A program made the translations under genes and the position numbers. A stretch of DNA of 64,000 bases. It comes from Prochlorococcus sp. AG-424-P16 (GTDB taxonomy: Bacteria; Cyanobacteriota; Cyanobacteriia; PCC-6307; Cyanobiaceae). The first letter of the stretch is position 1. Every line of letters begins with the position of its first letter. Below, piece after piece: positions 43,290 to 53,126 of this stretch. The stretch is from assembly GCA_003213255.1 (NCBI GenBank), contig QCNI01000002.1, positions 2,508 to 66,507 of the forward strand. The letters run 5' to 3'. A model generated the notes under the pieces. It was given only the letters and a program-made list of their open reading frames with translations. It had not been told where the DNA came from and ran no database searches.

Positions 43290-43721
43290 ATGGGTTTAAA
43301 AATATCTAAAATTTTTGCAATCCCCTTAATTTCTTCATCTTTTTTGTTTAGTATTAACGACTTAAATGCAAATGTTAAAAATTCGCCTGCAAATAAAAAT
43401 GACTTAGATTTATATCATGGGATGGGTGTTTCATTTCTGTGTAATGCAACAAGAAAGGGATTTGATTTAGATTTCCCAAAAACATTAAACGTTGCTTCAG
43501 CAACTTTCGCATCAGTAGTTTCACAAAAACATGGAGGAAAAATAATAGAAAGGAAGAAAGAACAAACAGTTGATATAAAAAAATTACAATTTATTGCATC
43601 TCTCCAGTTAGTTGAATCAGCTCTTCAAGTATGCCCAGATAATGTACCTGAAAAGATTGAAAAACAATTCAAGATTGAAACTGAGAGAATCAAGAAATTA
43701 CAAGGATTAGGGGGAAAATAA
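43290..43721 (+). CDS. Hypothetical secreted protein with a Cys pair
   Basis: Signal peptide; FLCN and VCPD. Confidence 0.65.
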   Translation: MGLKISKIFAIPLISSSFLFSINDLNANVKNSPANKNDLDLYHGMGVSFLCNATRKGFDLDFPKTLNVASATFASVVSQKHGGKIIERKKEQTVDIKKLQFIASLQLVESALQVCPDNVPEKIEKQFKIETERIKKLQGLGGK

Positions 43722-43726
43722 TTTCT

Positions 43727-44722
43727 TTATCTAAACATAGAACTAACAGAACTTTCTTCGTGAATCCTCCAAATAGCCTCCCCCAGCATATTTGCGACAG
43801 AAAGAACTTTTAACTGCGGAAAATTATCTTTATGTAAAACAGGTATGCTATTAGTCACAATAACTTGTTCAAATAGATTCTTAGCACTTAATCTTTCATA
43901 AGAAGGAGGAGAAAATACAGCATGCGATGCACATGCAAATATTCTATTAGCTCCTTCTTGTTTTAATAAATTTGCTCCAGAACAAATTGTGCCTCCAGTG
44001 TCTATCATATCGTCTATCAGAACAGCTGTCTTACCTTTAACTTCACCAATAACTGTAAGACTTTCAGCGATATTATGAGCAGATCTCCTTTTATCAATAA
44101 TAGCTAACGGAGCATCTTTCATTAATTTTGCAAACGCTCTTGCTCTAGCAACTCCACCTACATCAGGAGAGACGACAACTATTTCTTCTAAATCTAACGT
44201 TTCTAGATAATCAATTAACACAGGTGAACCGTAAATATGATCACATGGAATGTCAAAATATCCTTGAATTTGAGCTGAGTGTAAATCCATAGCAAGAACC
44301 CTATCAACTCCTGATTTTTCAAGCAAATTAGCAGTTAGTTTTGCAGTTATAGACTCTCTTCCTGAGGTCTTTCTATCTGCCCTTGCATATCCAAAATAGG
44401 GAATTACAGCCGTTATTTGTCTTGCAGACGCCCTCTTGCATGCGTCCACCATTATCATAAGTTCCATCAAACTATCGTTTACAGGAGCACATGTAGGTTG
44501 AATCAGGAACACATCACAACCTCTAATAGATTGCTGAATCTGGACATAAAGTTCTCCATCAGCAAATCTTTTGGATATTAAAGGTACATTTTCAATCCCT
44601 AAATATGATGCAATTTCTTCAGCTAATTTAGGATTTGTTGTCCCACTTACTAACCTTAATCTACTATTAGTTAGATTAAAATTCGATTCTTTACTTTGCA
44701 TTGCCGTGATAAAACTTGTCAC
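43727..44722 (-). CDS. prs: Ribose-phosphate pyrophosphokinase
   Basis: FADGE, DLHSAQIQG, IDDMIDTGGT. Confidence 0.97.
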   Translation of the reverse strand: MTSFITAMQSKESNFNLTNSRLRLVSGTTNPKLAEEIASYLGIENVPLISKRFADGELYVQIQQSIRGCDVFLIQPTCAPVNDSLMELMIMVDACKRASARQITAVIPYFGYARADRKTSGRESITAKLTANLLEKSGVDRVLAMDLHSAQIQGYFDIPCDHIYGSPVLIDYLETLDLEEIVVVSPDVGGVARARAFAKLMKDAPLAIIDKRRSAHNIAESLTVIGEVKGKTAVLIDDMIDTGGTICSGANLLKQEGANRIFACASHAVFSPPSYERLSAKNLFEQVIVTNSIPVLHKDNFPQLKVLSVANMLGEAIWRIHEESSVSSMFR

Positions 44723-44968
44723 GAAATTTGCACCACAAAACTATATTCTTATCGTAGTCGTTTATGTGAATTTCGCAAAAGATAATGACTAGATTTTTTC
44801 AAAAGTCACATCAATTAACCAAAAAATTGTTGATTAAAAATTAAAATTTATATTTATCCAGACTTAAAAACAAGGAATTATATTTGTCAATTAAAAAAAA
44901 TTTGTATAAGGTTGAATTTAGAGAATTAAAAACAAGTTAAGTTTAAAGAATCAAAATATATTGAAAAC

Positions 44969-46489
44969 ATGCCTAGTGAGTCAATTATTGAAAGAAAATC
45001 ATTAGGCATACTTATGCATCCAACATGTATACCGGGTGGAAGAGTATGTGGAACTTTTGGGAGAGGAGCTAAAGAGTGGATAAAAAAACTTCATAAGCAT
45101 GGAATTGAATACTGGCAATTTTTACCTCTTACACCTACTGACTCTACAGGTTCTCCATATAGTTCCCCATCTAGTTTTGCTCTAAACCCATGGTTTTTGG
45201 ATATAGATGATTTAATCGAAAAAGGTTTTATCTTCATTTCAAATAAAGAAAATTTAGGTCCAACAAATCAGAATAAAGATTATTTTAATTTTGATTTTGC
45301 GGATGACTTAACAAAAAAATTAGGTCTCCTCCTTTTGCAAGGTTGGAGTGCACAATCTGAAGAAAGAAAAATTAATTTCAACAAATGGGTCAATAGAAAT
45401 TCTTGGGTTGAAGATTATGCAACATTTGTTGTTATTAGAGAGGAATTTAATATGTTGCCTTGGTGGGAATGGCCTAAAGAATTTAAAATAAAAAATAACA
45501 AGTTCTTAAAATCATGGATTAAGAAAAAAAGTGAAGAGATACTTATTAAAAAATTAATACAGTGGCATCTTGATGAGCAATGGAGCGTCATTAAAAACTT
45601 TGCAAAATCAAGAAATATTAAGCTAATAGGAGATTTGCCTTTTTATGTTTCTAGAGATAGCGCAGACGTATGGAGCAATAAATCATTATTTTCAATTTTT
45701 AAAAATGGAGATTTAATATTTCAAAGTGGTGTTCCACCTGATTATTTTTCATCAACAGGACAATTATGGGGTACCCCAACTTACTTTTGGTCAAAGCATA
45801 AAAGGACTAGTTTTAATTGGTGGAGAAAAAGATTTCAAAGACAATTTGAACTCGTGGACATATTGAGATTTGATCATTTCAGGGGTTTAGCGGGTTACTG
45901 GAGAGTTAATGGCAGTTCTAAAACGGCAATTATTGGAAAATGGATAAATTCTCCAGGTAAAACACTATTAAATAAAGTAAAAAAGGATCTAGGGGGTAAC
46001 TATCTACCAATAATTGCGGAAGATCTGGGAGTAATAACCCCAGATGTAGAGAAATTAAGGAACAATTTCGAACTGCCTGGCATGAAAATTTTGCAATTCG
46101 CTTTTGATGGCAATCAAGATAATCCTTACTTACCTAAGAATATTGAAGGAGAAAATTGGGTTGTTTATACAGGTACTCACGACAACTCTACTTCTGTTTC
46201 ATGGTGGAAAGATTTAGATTATGAATCAAAAAAAAGAATAAAAGATGAGTATAAATTTTCAGAAAATCCTTCTTGGGATTTAATAGAAATTGGCATGGAA
46301 ACAAATGCTATGCTCTTTATCGCGCCATTACAAGATCTATTATATTTAGACGATTCAAGTAGATTAAACAAACCTGGTACCACAAAAAATAATTGGAAAT
46401 GGAAGTTAAATCGTCCTTTAGAAGAAATAGAAGTTAATATAAGAAAGTTTAGTGAGCTAGGAAATATTTTCGGGAGAACTCGAAAGTAG
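44969..46489 (+). CDS. malQ: 4-alpha-glucanotransferase
   Basis: GVPPDYFS, RFDHFRG, IAEDLG, TGTHDN. Confidence 0.96.
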   Translation: MPSESIIERKSLGILMHPTCIPGGRVCGTFGRGAKEWIKKLHKHGIEYWQFLPLTPTDSTGSPYSSPSSFALNPWFLDIDDLIEKGFIFISNKENLGPTNQNKDYFNFDFADDLTKKLGLLLLQGWSAQSEERKINFNKWVNRNSWVEDYATFVVIREEFNMLPWWEWPKEFKIKNNKFLKSWIKKKSEEILIKKLIQWHLDEQWSVIKNFAKSRNIKLIGDLPFYVSRDSADVWSNKSLFSIFKNGDLIFQSGVPPDYFSSTGQLWGTPTYFWSKHKRTSFNWWRKRFQRQFELVDILRFDHFRGLAGYWRVNGSSKTAIIGKWINSPGKTLLNKVKKDLGGNYLPIIAEDLGVITPDVEKLRNNFELPGMKILQFAFDGNQDNPYLPKNIEGENWVVYTGTHDNSTSVSWWKDLDYESKKRIKDEYKFSENPSWDLIEIGMETNAMLFIAPLQDLLYLDDSSRLNKPGTTKNNWKWKLNRPLEEIEVNIRKFSELGNIFGRTRK

Positions 46490-46502
46490 AGTTTTTTAAA
46501 AA

Positions 46503-46997
46503 TTATTTATTAATAATTTGATTTTCAATATTTTGAATTTCAATAACATTTACATTAAAAACAAAGTACCTCTTTAATATAAATATAGTTAAAACTAATA
46601 TAAAAAAATACAAAAGACTTCCCTGCCATGTATTTATAAGATCAAATTTTCTGAACAGAAAATCGTTTTCTCCTTTCTTTAAAAATTTTTTTTCTCTAAC
46701 TGCTAATTTTAATAAGGTATTTTTTTTAAATCCTAAGCATTCCTCTAATTTAATTAATATAGATCTTATAAAGGGATACTTCGGCATAATATTTTTATTG
46801 TTATTTTCAATAGAATTTATTATCCTTTCAGGAATTTTTGAAATGTATGACAATTCTTTTACTGTAAGGTTTTGTTGGATTCTTGCTTCTTTGACTAACT
46901 CTGCAATTTCTATATATTTATCAACCAATCCAGGACTAGAGACATTATTATTTTCAGATTTTTTTTTAGATAAAAAGAGATTCTTCAAAATATTCAT
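46503..46997 (-). CDS. HTH protein with C-terminal TM (RodZ-like N-terminus)
   Basis: XRE-type HTH followed by one TM. Confidence 0.7.
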   Translation of the reverse strand: MNILKNLFLSKKKSENNNVSSPGLVDKYIEIAELVKEARIQQNLTVKELSYISKIPERIINSIENNNKNIMPKYPFIRSILIKLEECLGFKKNTLLKLAVREKKFLKKGENDFLFRKFDLINTWQGSLLYFFILVLTIFILKRYFVFNVNVIEIQNIENQIINK

Positions 46998-47112
46998 TCA
47001 ATATTCCCAAGCTAATTAATCTTTTTTCTACTCAATTTTTTAAAAAAACAAATCCTCTTCTAATTCTAATCGAATTGAAATCATAAGTAAATTCATTAGA
47101 TATAAATAAAAT

Positions 47113-48768
47113 TTAAACTGTAGAAATAAAATTTTGCACTGCGCTTTTTGCAATATTCAGAGGGCTAAAAGTATCTCTAATTAGAGCAAAGAGTTTTTTA
47201 GCATCAGTAAATTCTAATTTTTCATCTTTTATAAGGCTTAAAAGAAGATTCTTTCGAACTTCGGATCCTTTGTTACTGACAAATAATTTCAATCCAGCAT
47301 TAGCTACCGGTATAAGATCTGAATTAATATTTTCTGAATCTTTAAACAAAATATTTAATAAACTTTCAACTTTTTCTATTTGAATTTGACCTTTTTTATC
47401 AAAAACTACTTCTAAAAGAATGTCTAAAATTTCTTCAGAATTATCGGTAAGTAGTTTTTTAGCGATATATGGATAAGCTATTTTTAAAATTTTAAATTCA
47501 GGATCTAATCTTAGTGCTAAACCTTCTTGACTAACAACAGCTCTTATTATTAAAGCAAACCTACTGGGGACTCTGAAAGGATAGGAATACATTAGTTTTG
47601 AAAATTTATCAGTCACATTTTTAAGATTAAAATTACCAACCTCAGCGCCTAGGGATCCTCCAAGAACTTCTTTTAATGGTTCAACAAGTTTTTGAAGATC
47701 TTGTTCTTTGGTTAAGAAACCTAATTTCTGGAAATCTTGTGCCAGAAGAAAATATTCTTCGTTTATTATGTGAACAATTGCCTTTATAAGAGTAAGTCTA
47801 TCTGAATTTGTAATAGTATCCATCATTCCGAAATCAACATATGCTAAATTCCCACAATCTACATTTCCTCCTTTAAGAGCAAACATATTTCCTGGATGCG
47901 GGTCTGCATGAAAATATCCAAATTCAAATAATTGCTGCAGTCCACTGATGACACATGTTTTTATAAAAGAAGCAGGTATTAAGTTATTTTCTTCTAGTAA
48001 AGCTCGATCTCTTAACTTAACTCCATCAATCCAAGAAGTTGTGATAATCCTTTTAGATGAAAACTGTTTTACTAATTTAGGAATAAAAATATTTGGGTTT
48101 TCTTTGAATAAATTTGCAAATTTCAAAGCATTTTCGGCCTCTTTTTGATAGTCAATTTCTTCAAAAAGTGCCTTACCAAACTCATCTATTATTTCCCCAA
48201 TTCCAACACCTATATTTAATGGTAAGAGTGGGGATAAAAAAGTTCCTAAAAATCTTAAGATTACAATATCCCTTCTTATGAGGAAACATAAATTTGGCCT
48301 CTGTACTTTCACAGCTAAATAAGAATTATTTATTTTTGCTTTATAAACTTGACCTAAACTTGCAGAAGCGATTGGACTATCTGGAAACTCTTCAAATAAC
48401 TCATTAGCAGGTGATCCAAGTTCTTCTTCAATAATTTTTAAAGCAATTTTGTGATCAAATGCTGGGAGATTATCTTGTAAGTTTGTAAGTTCTGTAAGCC
48501 AATCTTGTCTGACAAGATCTGGCCTAGTTGAGAGTGCTTGACCTAATTTGATAAAACAAGGACCTAAGTCTGTTATTACATCAAAAAGATATTTCGAGAG
48601 ATTTTTTTGTACATTTTTATTTTTACTGTTACCTTGAAAAAGTATTCTCAAAAAAAGAAAAATAAAAGTTAAAAGGATATATAAAATTCTTGGTATAAAA
48701 ATCCATGGTCTCAAAATCAACCAAAGTAAATCATCTTTTGCTGAATATTTCGAATAAGATTTTTTCAT
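47113..48768 (-). CDS. ABC1/AarF/UbiB-family atypical kinase
   Basis: LGPCFIKLGQ, ASASLGQVY, AVKVQRP, HADPHPGN, DFG. Confidence 0.93.
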   Translation of the reverse strand: MKKSYSKYSAKDDLLWLILRPWIFIPRILYILLTFIFLFLRILFQGNSKNKNVQKNLSKYLFDVITDLGPCFIKLGQALSTRPDLVRQDWLTELTNLQDNLPAFDHKIALKIIEEELGSPANELFEEFPDSPIASASLGQVYKAKINNSYLAVKVQRPNLCFLIRRDIVILRFLGTFLSPLLPLNIGVGIGEIIDEFGKALFEEIDYQKEAENALKFANLFKENPNIFIPKLVKQFSSKRIITTSWIDGVKLRDRALLEENNLIPASFIKTCVISGLQQLFEFGYFHADPHPGNMFALKGGNVDCGNLAYVDFGMMDTITNSDRLTLIKAIVHIINEEYFLLAQDFQKLGFLTKEQDLQKLVEPLKEVLGGSLGAEVGNFNLKNVTDKFSKLMYSYPFRVPSRFALIIRAVVSQEGLALRLDPEFKILKIAYPYIAKKLLTDNSEEILDILLEVVFDKKGQIQIEKVESLLNILFKDSENINSDLIPVANAGLKLFVSNKGSEVRKNLLLSLIKDEKLEFTDAKKLFALIRDTFSPLNIAKSAVQNFISTV

Positions 48769-48833
48769 TAAAGTTAAAAAATATCAAAAAAAGATTATTA
48801 CGTAATTCATTCTATATATGTAGATAATACTTT

Positions 48834-50231
48834 ATGAGCATTTCATCTTTTCTAACTAAAAAGTTTTTAAAGTCTTTATTCTTTCCCGCACACAACAGAG
48901 GGGCAGCTTTACCAAAGAAATTAGTGAAGTTATTAAAAAATCCACCAGGATATTGGGACTTGCCAGAACTGCCAGAAATAGGATCACCACTATCCCAAAG
49001 CGGATTAATTGCCAAATCTCAAAGAGAATTCTCTGACAAATTTGGGGCTAAAGGATGTTTTTTTGGAGTTAATGGAGCTTCAGGATTAATACAATCAGCA
49101 GTAATTGCGATGGCAAATCCAGGCGAAAATATCCTGATGCCTAGAAATGTTCACATCAGTGTTATAAAAATCTGCGCGATGCAGAATATAAATCCAATAT
49201 TTTTTGATCTAGAATTTTCAACTAGAACGGGGCATTACAAACCAATTACAAAAATTTGGTTGGAAAATGTATTTAAAAAATTAAATTTTGATGAGAATAA
49301 AATTGCAGGGGTGATTCTTGTAAATCCCTCCTATCAGGGATATGCCGGAGATTTAGAACCTTTAATAGATTGTTGTCATCAAAAAAATTTACCTGTTTTA
49401 GTTGATGAAGCCCATGGTTCATATTTCCTTTTTTGTGAAAACCTTAATTTGCCAAAACCGGCCTTATCATCAAACGCTGATTTAGTGGTTAATTCATTGC
49501 ATAAGTCGCTCAATGGATTAACTCAAACGGCGGTAATGTGGTTCAAAGGGAATCTAATAAATGAAGATAATTTGATCAAAAGTATTAATTTGTTGCAAAC
49601 TACTAGTCCAAGTTCATTATTACTTTCCTCTTGTGAAGAGTCTATTAGGGACTGGCTTAATAAAAAAAGTTTATCAAAATATCAAAAAAGAATTTTAGAG
49701 GCAAAAAGTATTTATAAAAAATTAATTCAAAAAAATATTCCTCTCATAGAAACTCAAGACCCCTTAAAAATTGTAGTAAACACCTCTAAGGCTGGAATTG
49801 ATGGTTTTACTGCTGATAAATTTTTTTATAGAAATGGCCTTATCGCTGAATTGCCAGAAATGATGACTCTCACTTTTTGCTTAGGATTTGGAAATCAAAA
49901 AGATTTTCTGAATTTATTTGAAAAGTTATGGAAAAAGTTACTATTAAATTCCAAAAAATCAAAAAGTTTAGAAGTGCTTAAATCGCCCTTTAAATTGGTT
50001 CAAGCACCCGAAATCGAAATTGGAATTGCTTGGAAAAGTAAGACTCGGAGTATTCCTTTCTCACAATCATTAAATAAAATATCTGGAGATATTATTTGCC
50101 CTTATCCTCCTGGGATTCCTTTACTAGTTCCTGGCGAAAAAGTAGACAAGGATAGGTTTAATTGGATAAATAATCAAAGTTTATGCAACAAAGATCTGGT
50201 AAATTTTAATATAAAGGTCTTAGAAACATAG
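48834..50231 (+). CDS. PLP-dependent Orn/Lys/Arg decarboxylase family protein
   Basis: VDEAHG, SLHK, TTSPS, PYPPGIP. Confidence 0.9.
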   Translation: MSISSFLTKKFLKSLFFPAHNRGAALPKKLVKLLKNPPGYWDLPELPEIGSPLSQSGLIAKSQREFSDKFGAKGCFFGVNGASGLIQSAVIAMANPGENILMPRNVHISVIKICAMQNINPIFFDLEFSTRTGHYKPITKIWLENVFKKLNFDENKIAGVILVNPSYQGYAGDLEPLIDCCHQKNLPVLVDEAHGSYFLFCENLNLPKPALSSNADLVVNSLHKSLNGLTQTAVMWFKGNLINEDNLIKSINLLQTTSPSSLLLSSCEESIRDWLNKKSLSKYQKRILEAKSIYKKLIQKNIPLIETQDPLKIVVNTSKAGIDGFTADKFFYRNGLIAELPEMMTLTFCLGFGNQKDFLNLFEKLWKKLLLNSKKSKSLEVLKSPFKLVQAPEIEIGIAWKSKTRSIPFSQSLNKISGDIICPYPPGIPLLVPGEKVDKDRFNWINNQSLCNKDLVNFNIKVLET

Positions 50232-50240
50232 CAATTTAAT

Positions 50241-51098
50241 ATGAGATTAAAAAGCGGATTACTCATAGGAATTTTTGGTTTGATTGTTGTTTTGTTGGGG
50301 GGATGGTTTTTTACATTGGCAACTGCGTTGCTTACATATTTAGCATTATTAGAATTTTTTAGAATGGCAGAATTTAAAGGAATAAGACCAGCTACAAAAA
50401 CCACATTATTTTCGTCATTTATTATTATAATTTCTGCTTATCTTGAGACCATTGGTGTGCTTGAAGGAGAAATTTCAAATTCAATTTTACCAATCTGTTC
50501 AGTTGGGATATGCACTTGGTTACTTTTGCAACCAAAACCTGGGACAATTTCAGATATTGCAGCATCTATTTTTGGATTATTCTATTTAGGTTTTTTACCC
50601 AGTTACTGGATTAAGTTGAGGGGATTAGATTTAATGATAATAAGTTCAAATCAGGGTATTATATCGTTTGAGAACTTATCAAACAGTACAGGTCTTCATT
50701 TAACTTTAACTTCTTGTTTTTTAATTGTAGCTAGTGATATTGGTTCTTATTTCATTGGGAAGTCATTTGGTAAAACATCTCTATCTCCAATATCTCCAAG
50801 CAAAACGATAGAAGGTTTAATTGGAGGAATATCCTGTTCAATTTTACTAGCAATATTTTTTGCATTTTTAATGAATTGGGAAAATCCATTAATTGTTGGA
50901 ATTATTTATGGAATTTCAATTTCTCTTATGGCATTAGTTGGAGATTTAATTGAATCTATGATGAAGAGAGATGCAAAAATAAAAGATTCTGGAACTTTTT
51001 TACCGGGACATGGAGGAATTCTTGACAGAATTGACAGTTACATCTTTACTCCATCTGTTTTGTATTATATTTTTGTAATTCTCAAGTATCTAAATTAA
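50241..51098 (+). CDS. cdsA: Phosphatidate cytidylyltransferase
   Basis: ISPSKTIEG, KDSG..LPGHGGILDRIDS. Confidence 0.95.
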   Translation: MRLKSGLLIGIFGLIVVLLGGWFFTLATALLTYLALLEFFRMAEFKGIRPATKTTLFSSFIIIISAYLETIGVLEGEISNSILPICSVGICTWLLLQPKPGTISDIAASIFGLFYLGFLPSYWIKLRGLDLMIISSNQGIISFENLSNSTGLHLTLTSCFLIVASDIGSYFIGKSFGKTSLSPISPSKTIEGLIGGISCSILLAIFFAFLMNWENPLIVGIIYGISISLMALVGDLIESMMKRDAKIKDSGTFLPGHGGILDRIDSYIFTPSVLYYIFVILKYLN

Positions 51099-51111
51099 TT
51101 TAAAAAATATT

Positions 51112-52011
51112 TTAATCCAAAAAATAATCTTGGATAATTTTACAAGATAATGATGGAAGATCTATATGCGGAAGATGACCACAATTTTGTAACCTTACAA
51201 AATTTAATTTTTCAATATTTCCTATTTTTTTAAGCTCTTTTTTTCCAAGAATTCGATCATTATCTCCACATAATGTTTTAATTGGGATATTTTGGATATA
51301 TTTTTGAGTTCCTGCAAACCCACCACTTTTTGCAAATGATGCAAGTGAATTCCTCCATCCTTTACAACCTAAATGAATTGAAGCAATTTGCTCTTCCATC
51401 TTTCCAACGCATTCATCTGGAAAAGCAAATGCTTGCCTACAAAGACTTTTTCTAACCTGAGGCATTCCAAGAAATGAGGCGCCAATTTGGTTAAGAGGAA
51501 AAGGGATACTCTTAGGGTCTCCAAACAATCCGGCGGGGGACAAAAGGATAATTTTTTCAATAGAATCAGGAATTTCATAAGCAAGTTTTAAAGCTGTTGA
51601 GCCTCCCATAGATGCACCTATAATTTTAAGATTCTTTGTTATTTTTAAGGTCTTAAGGAGATCAATTAAATGCGAAATTATTTTCGAGGAATTGTATTCA
51701 TTTGTTGCGCACCTGGGGCTAAAACCAAAACCCAGCAAATCAGGAACGATAACTTGAAAATTTCTTTTTAGTGATTTATATATTCTTCTGAATTCTAAAA
51801 AACTACTATCAAACCCATGCAGAAGAAGTATAGGTGGACCTTTCCCTCCCATAACTACTGGGAATTTTAAAGAGTTCCAGTTTTGGTTGAGTTTTATCCA
51901 CTTAACATCATTTGCCAAGTAACGACCTAAAGGGTCTAATAGTGACAATTTGGCACTTTCAAAAAATTCTGCATTTAAATCACTTAATTGTTCAAAATTG
52001 TTTTTAGTCAA
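51112..52011 (-). CDS. Alpha/beta hydrolase
   Basis: LLHGF, GASMGG, CGHLPH. Confidence 0.88.
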   Translation of the reverse strand: MTKNNFEQLSDLNAEFFESAKLSLLDPLGRYLANDVKWIKLNQNWNSLKFPVVMGGKGPPILLLHGFDSSFLEFRRIYKSLKRNFQVIVPDLLGFGFSPRCATNEYNSSKIISHLIDLLKTLKITKNLKIIGASMGGSTALKLAYEIPDSIEKIILLSPAGLFGDPKSIPFPLNQIGASFLGMPQVRKSLCRQAFAFPDECVGKMEEQIASIHLGCKGWRNSLASFAKSGGFAGTQKYIQNIPIKTLCGDNDRILGKKELKKIGNIEKLNFVRLQNCGHLPHIDLPSLSCKIIQDYFLD

Positions 52012-52019
52012 AAAAATAT

Positions 52020-53111
52020 TTATGTTTTAATTTTTTGTTGCTCAAAATTTGAAATAACCTCTATTACGTCCCGTTTATTAATTTCAAAAGGCAAAAAGTG
52101 AATCTCAGATTTATCGCGACAAGTAAAATCAGCAATTTTCTCTAAATTATTATTTTCAAAAACATTTATTCCAAGTTGTCCGATAGTAGTTGGCAAATTC
52201 AATTCCTTCATGAGCACAAATAATTGTTTAATTGATTGATCAGCTAATTTATTATTATTTATCATTTCTTCTAGTCTTAATTGCAATAATAATCCAACCC
52301 CAACAATCTCACCATGTAAAAATTTATTAGGGGTGATTATCTGAGTAATTGCATTATGAATAGCATGTGCTGCCGCAGTCCTACATTTTTCTCCACCAAT
52401 ACCGCCAACTAATCCTGCTGTAAGTCCGCATGCTTCTACAGTATTTTGCCAAGATGGATTATTTTCAAATTGACCGTTAAATGCTTTACCTCCATCTATT
52501 AATAATTGATCTCTTAAAACTCTTGATATTTGAATTGCTTGTTGAATAAGACCGTCATCTAGTTTTGAACTTGTAATTGAGGATTCGTACCATTTTGCCA
52601 AAGCATCTGCTATGCCACTTGCAAGTGTTCTTGATGGAGCTGTTTGAATAAATTTATGATCAAAAACTAGTATTTTCGGACAAGATCTCAATGCAACATC
52701 TTTTATGAATTGACCATCCTTTGTATAAATATTTGATAAGGCTGTCCAACCAGCACATGTAGAGGCGCTAAGAGGAACAGTAACACAAGGGATATTAAGA
52801 GACTCGGCTATATATTTTCCAGAGTCTAGAACTTTGCCGCCTCCAGCTGCGATAACACAATCATTTTTATTGTTTGAAATAATATTTTTAACTCTTGAAA
52901 TATCTTCGTGACAACAATCAAATTGCAAATTAGCAGAATTTACATTAAGTTTTTGATTTTTTAAGTCATTAAAAATATTATTTCTCAAATTATTCGTTTG
53001 AATCCCTCTACCAAGAATTAATGGACTTTTAGTTAATTTAGTAATTTGAGGTAAAGATTTTTCCCAAGCAGAAATCCCCCTATATATAGTTTCTGGAGAG
53101 ATAGACTGCAT
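52020..53111 (-). CDS. gldA: Glycerol dehydrogenase-like iron-containing alcohol dehydrogenase
   Basis: GGGKVLD, GIADALAKWYE, HAIHN, HGEIV. Confidence 0.85.
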   Translation of the reverse strand: MQSISPETIYRGISAWEKSLPQITKLTKSPLILGRGIQTNNLRNNIFNDLKNQKLNVNSANLQFDCCHEDISRVKNIISNNKNDCVIAAGGGKVLDSGKYIAESLNIPCVTVPLSASTCAGWTALSNIYTKDGQFIKDVALRSCPKILVFDHKFIQTAPSRTLASGIADALAKWYESSITSSKLDDGLIQQAIQISRVLRDQLLIDGGKAFNGQFENNPSWQNTVEACGLTAGLVGGIGGEKCRTAAAHAIHNAITQIITPNKFLHGEIVGVGLLLQLRLEEMINNNKLADQSIKQLFVLMKELNLPTTIGQLGINVFENNNLEKIADFTCRDKSEIHFLPFEINKRDVIEVISNFEQQKIKT

Positions 53112-53126
53112 ATTTACTTTGAATGA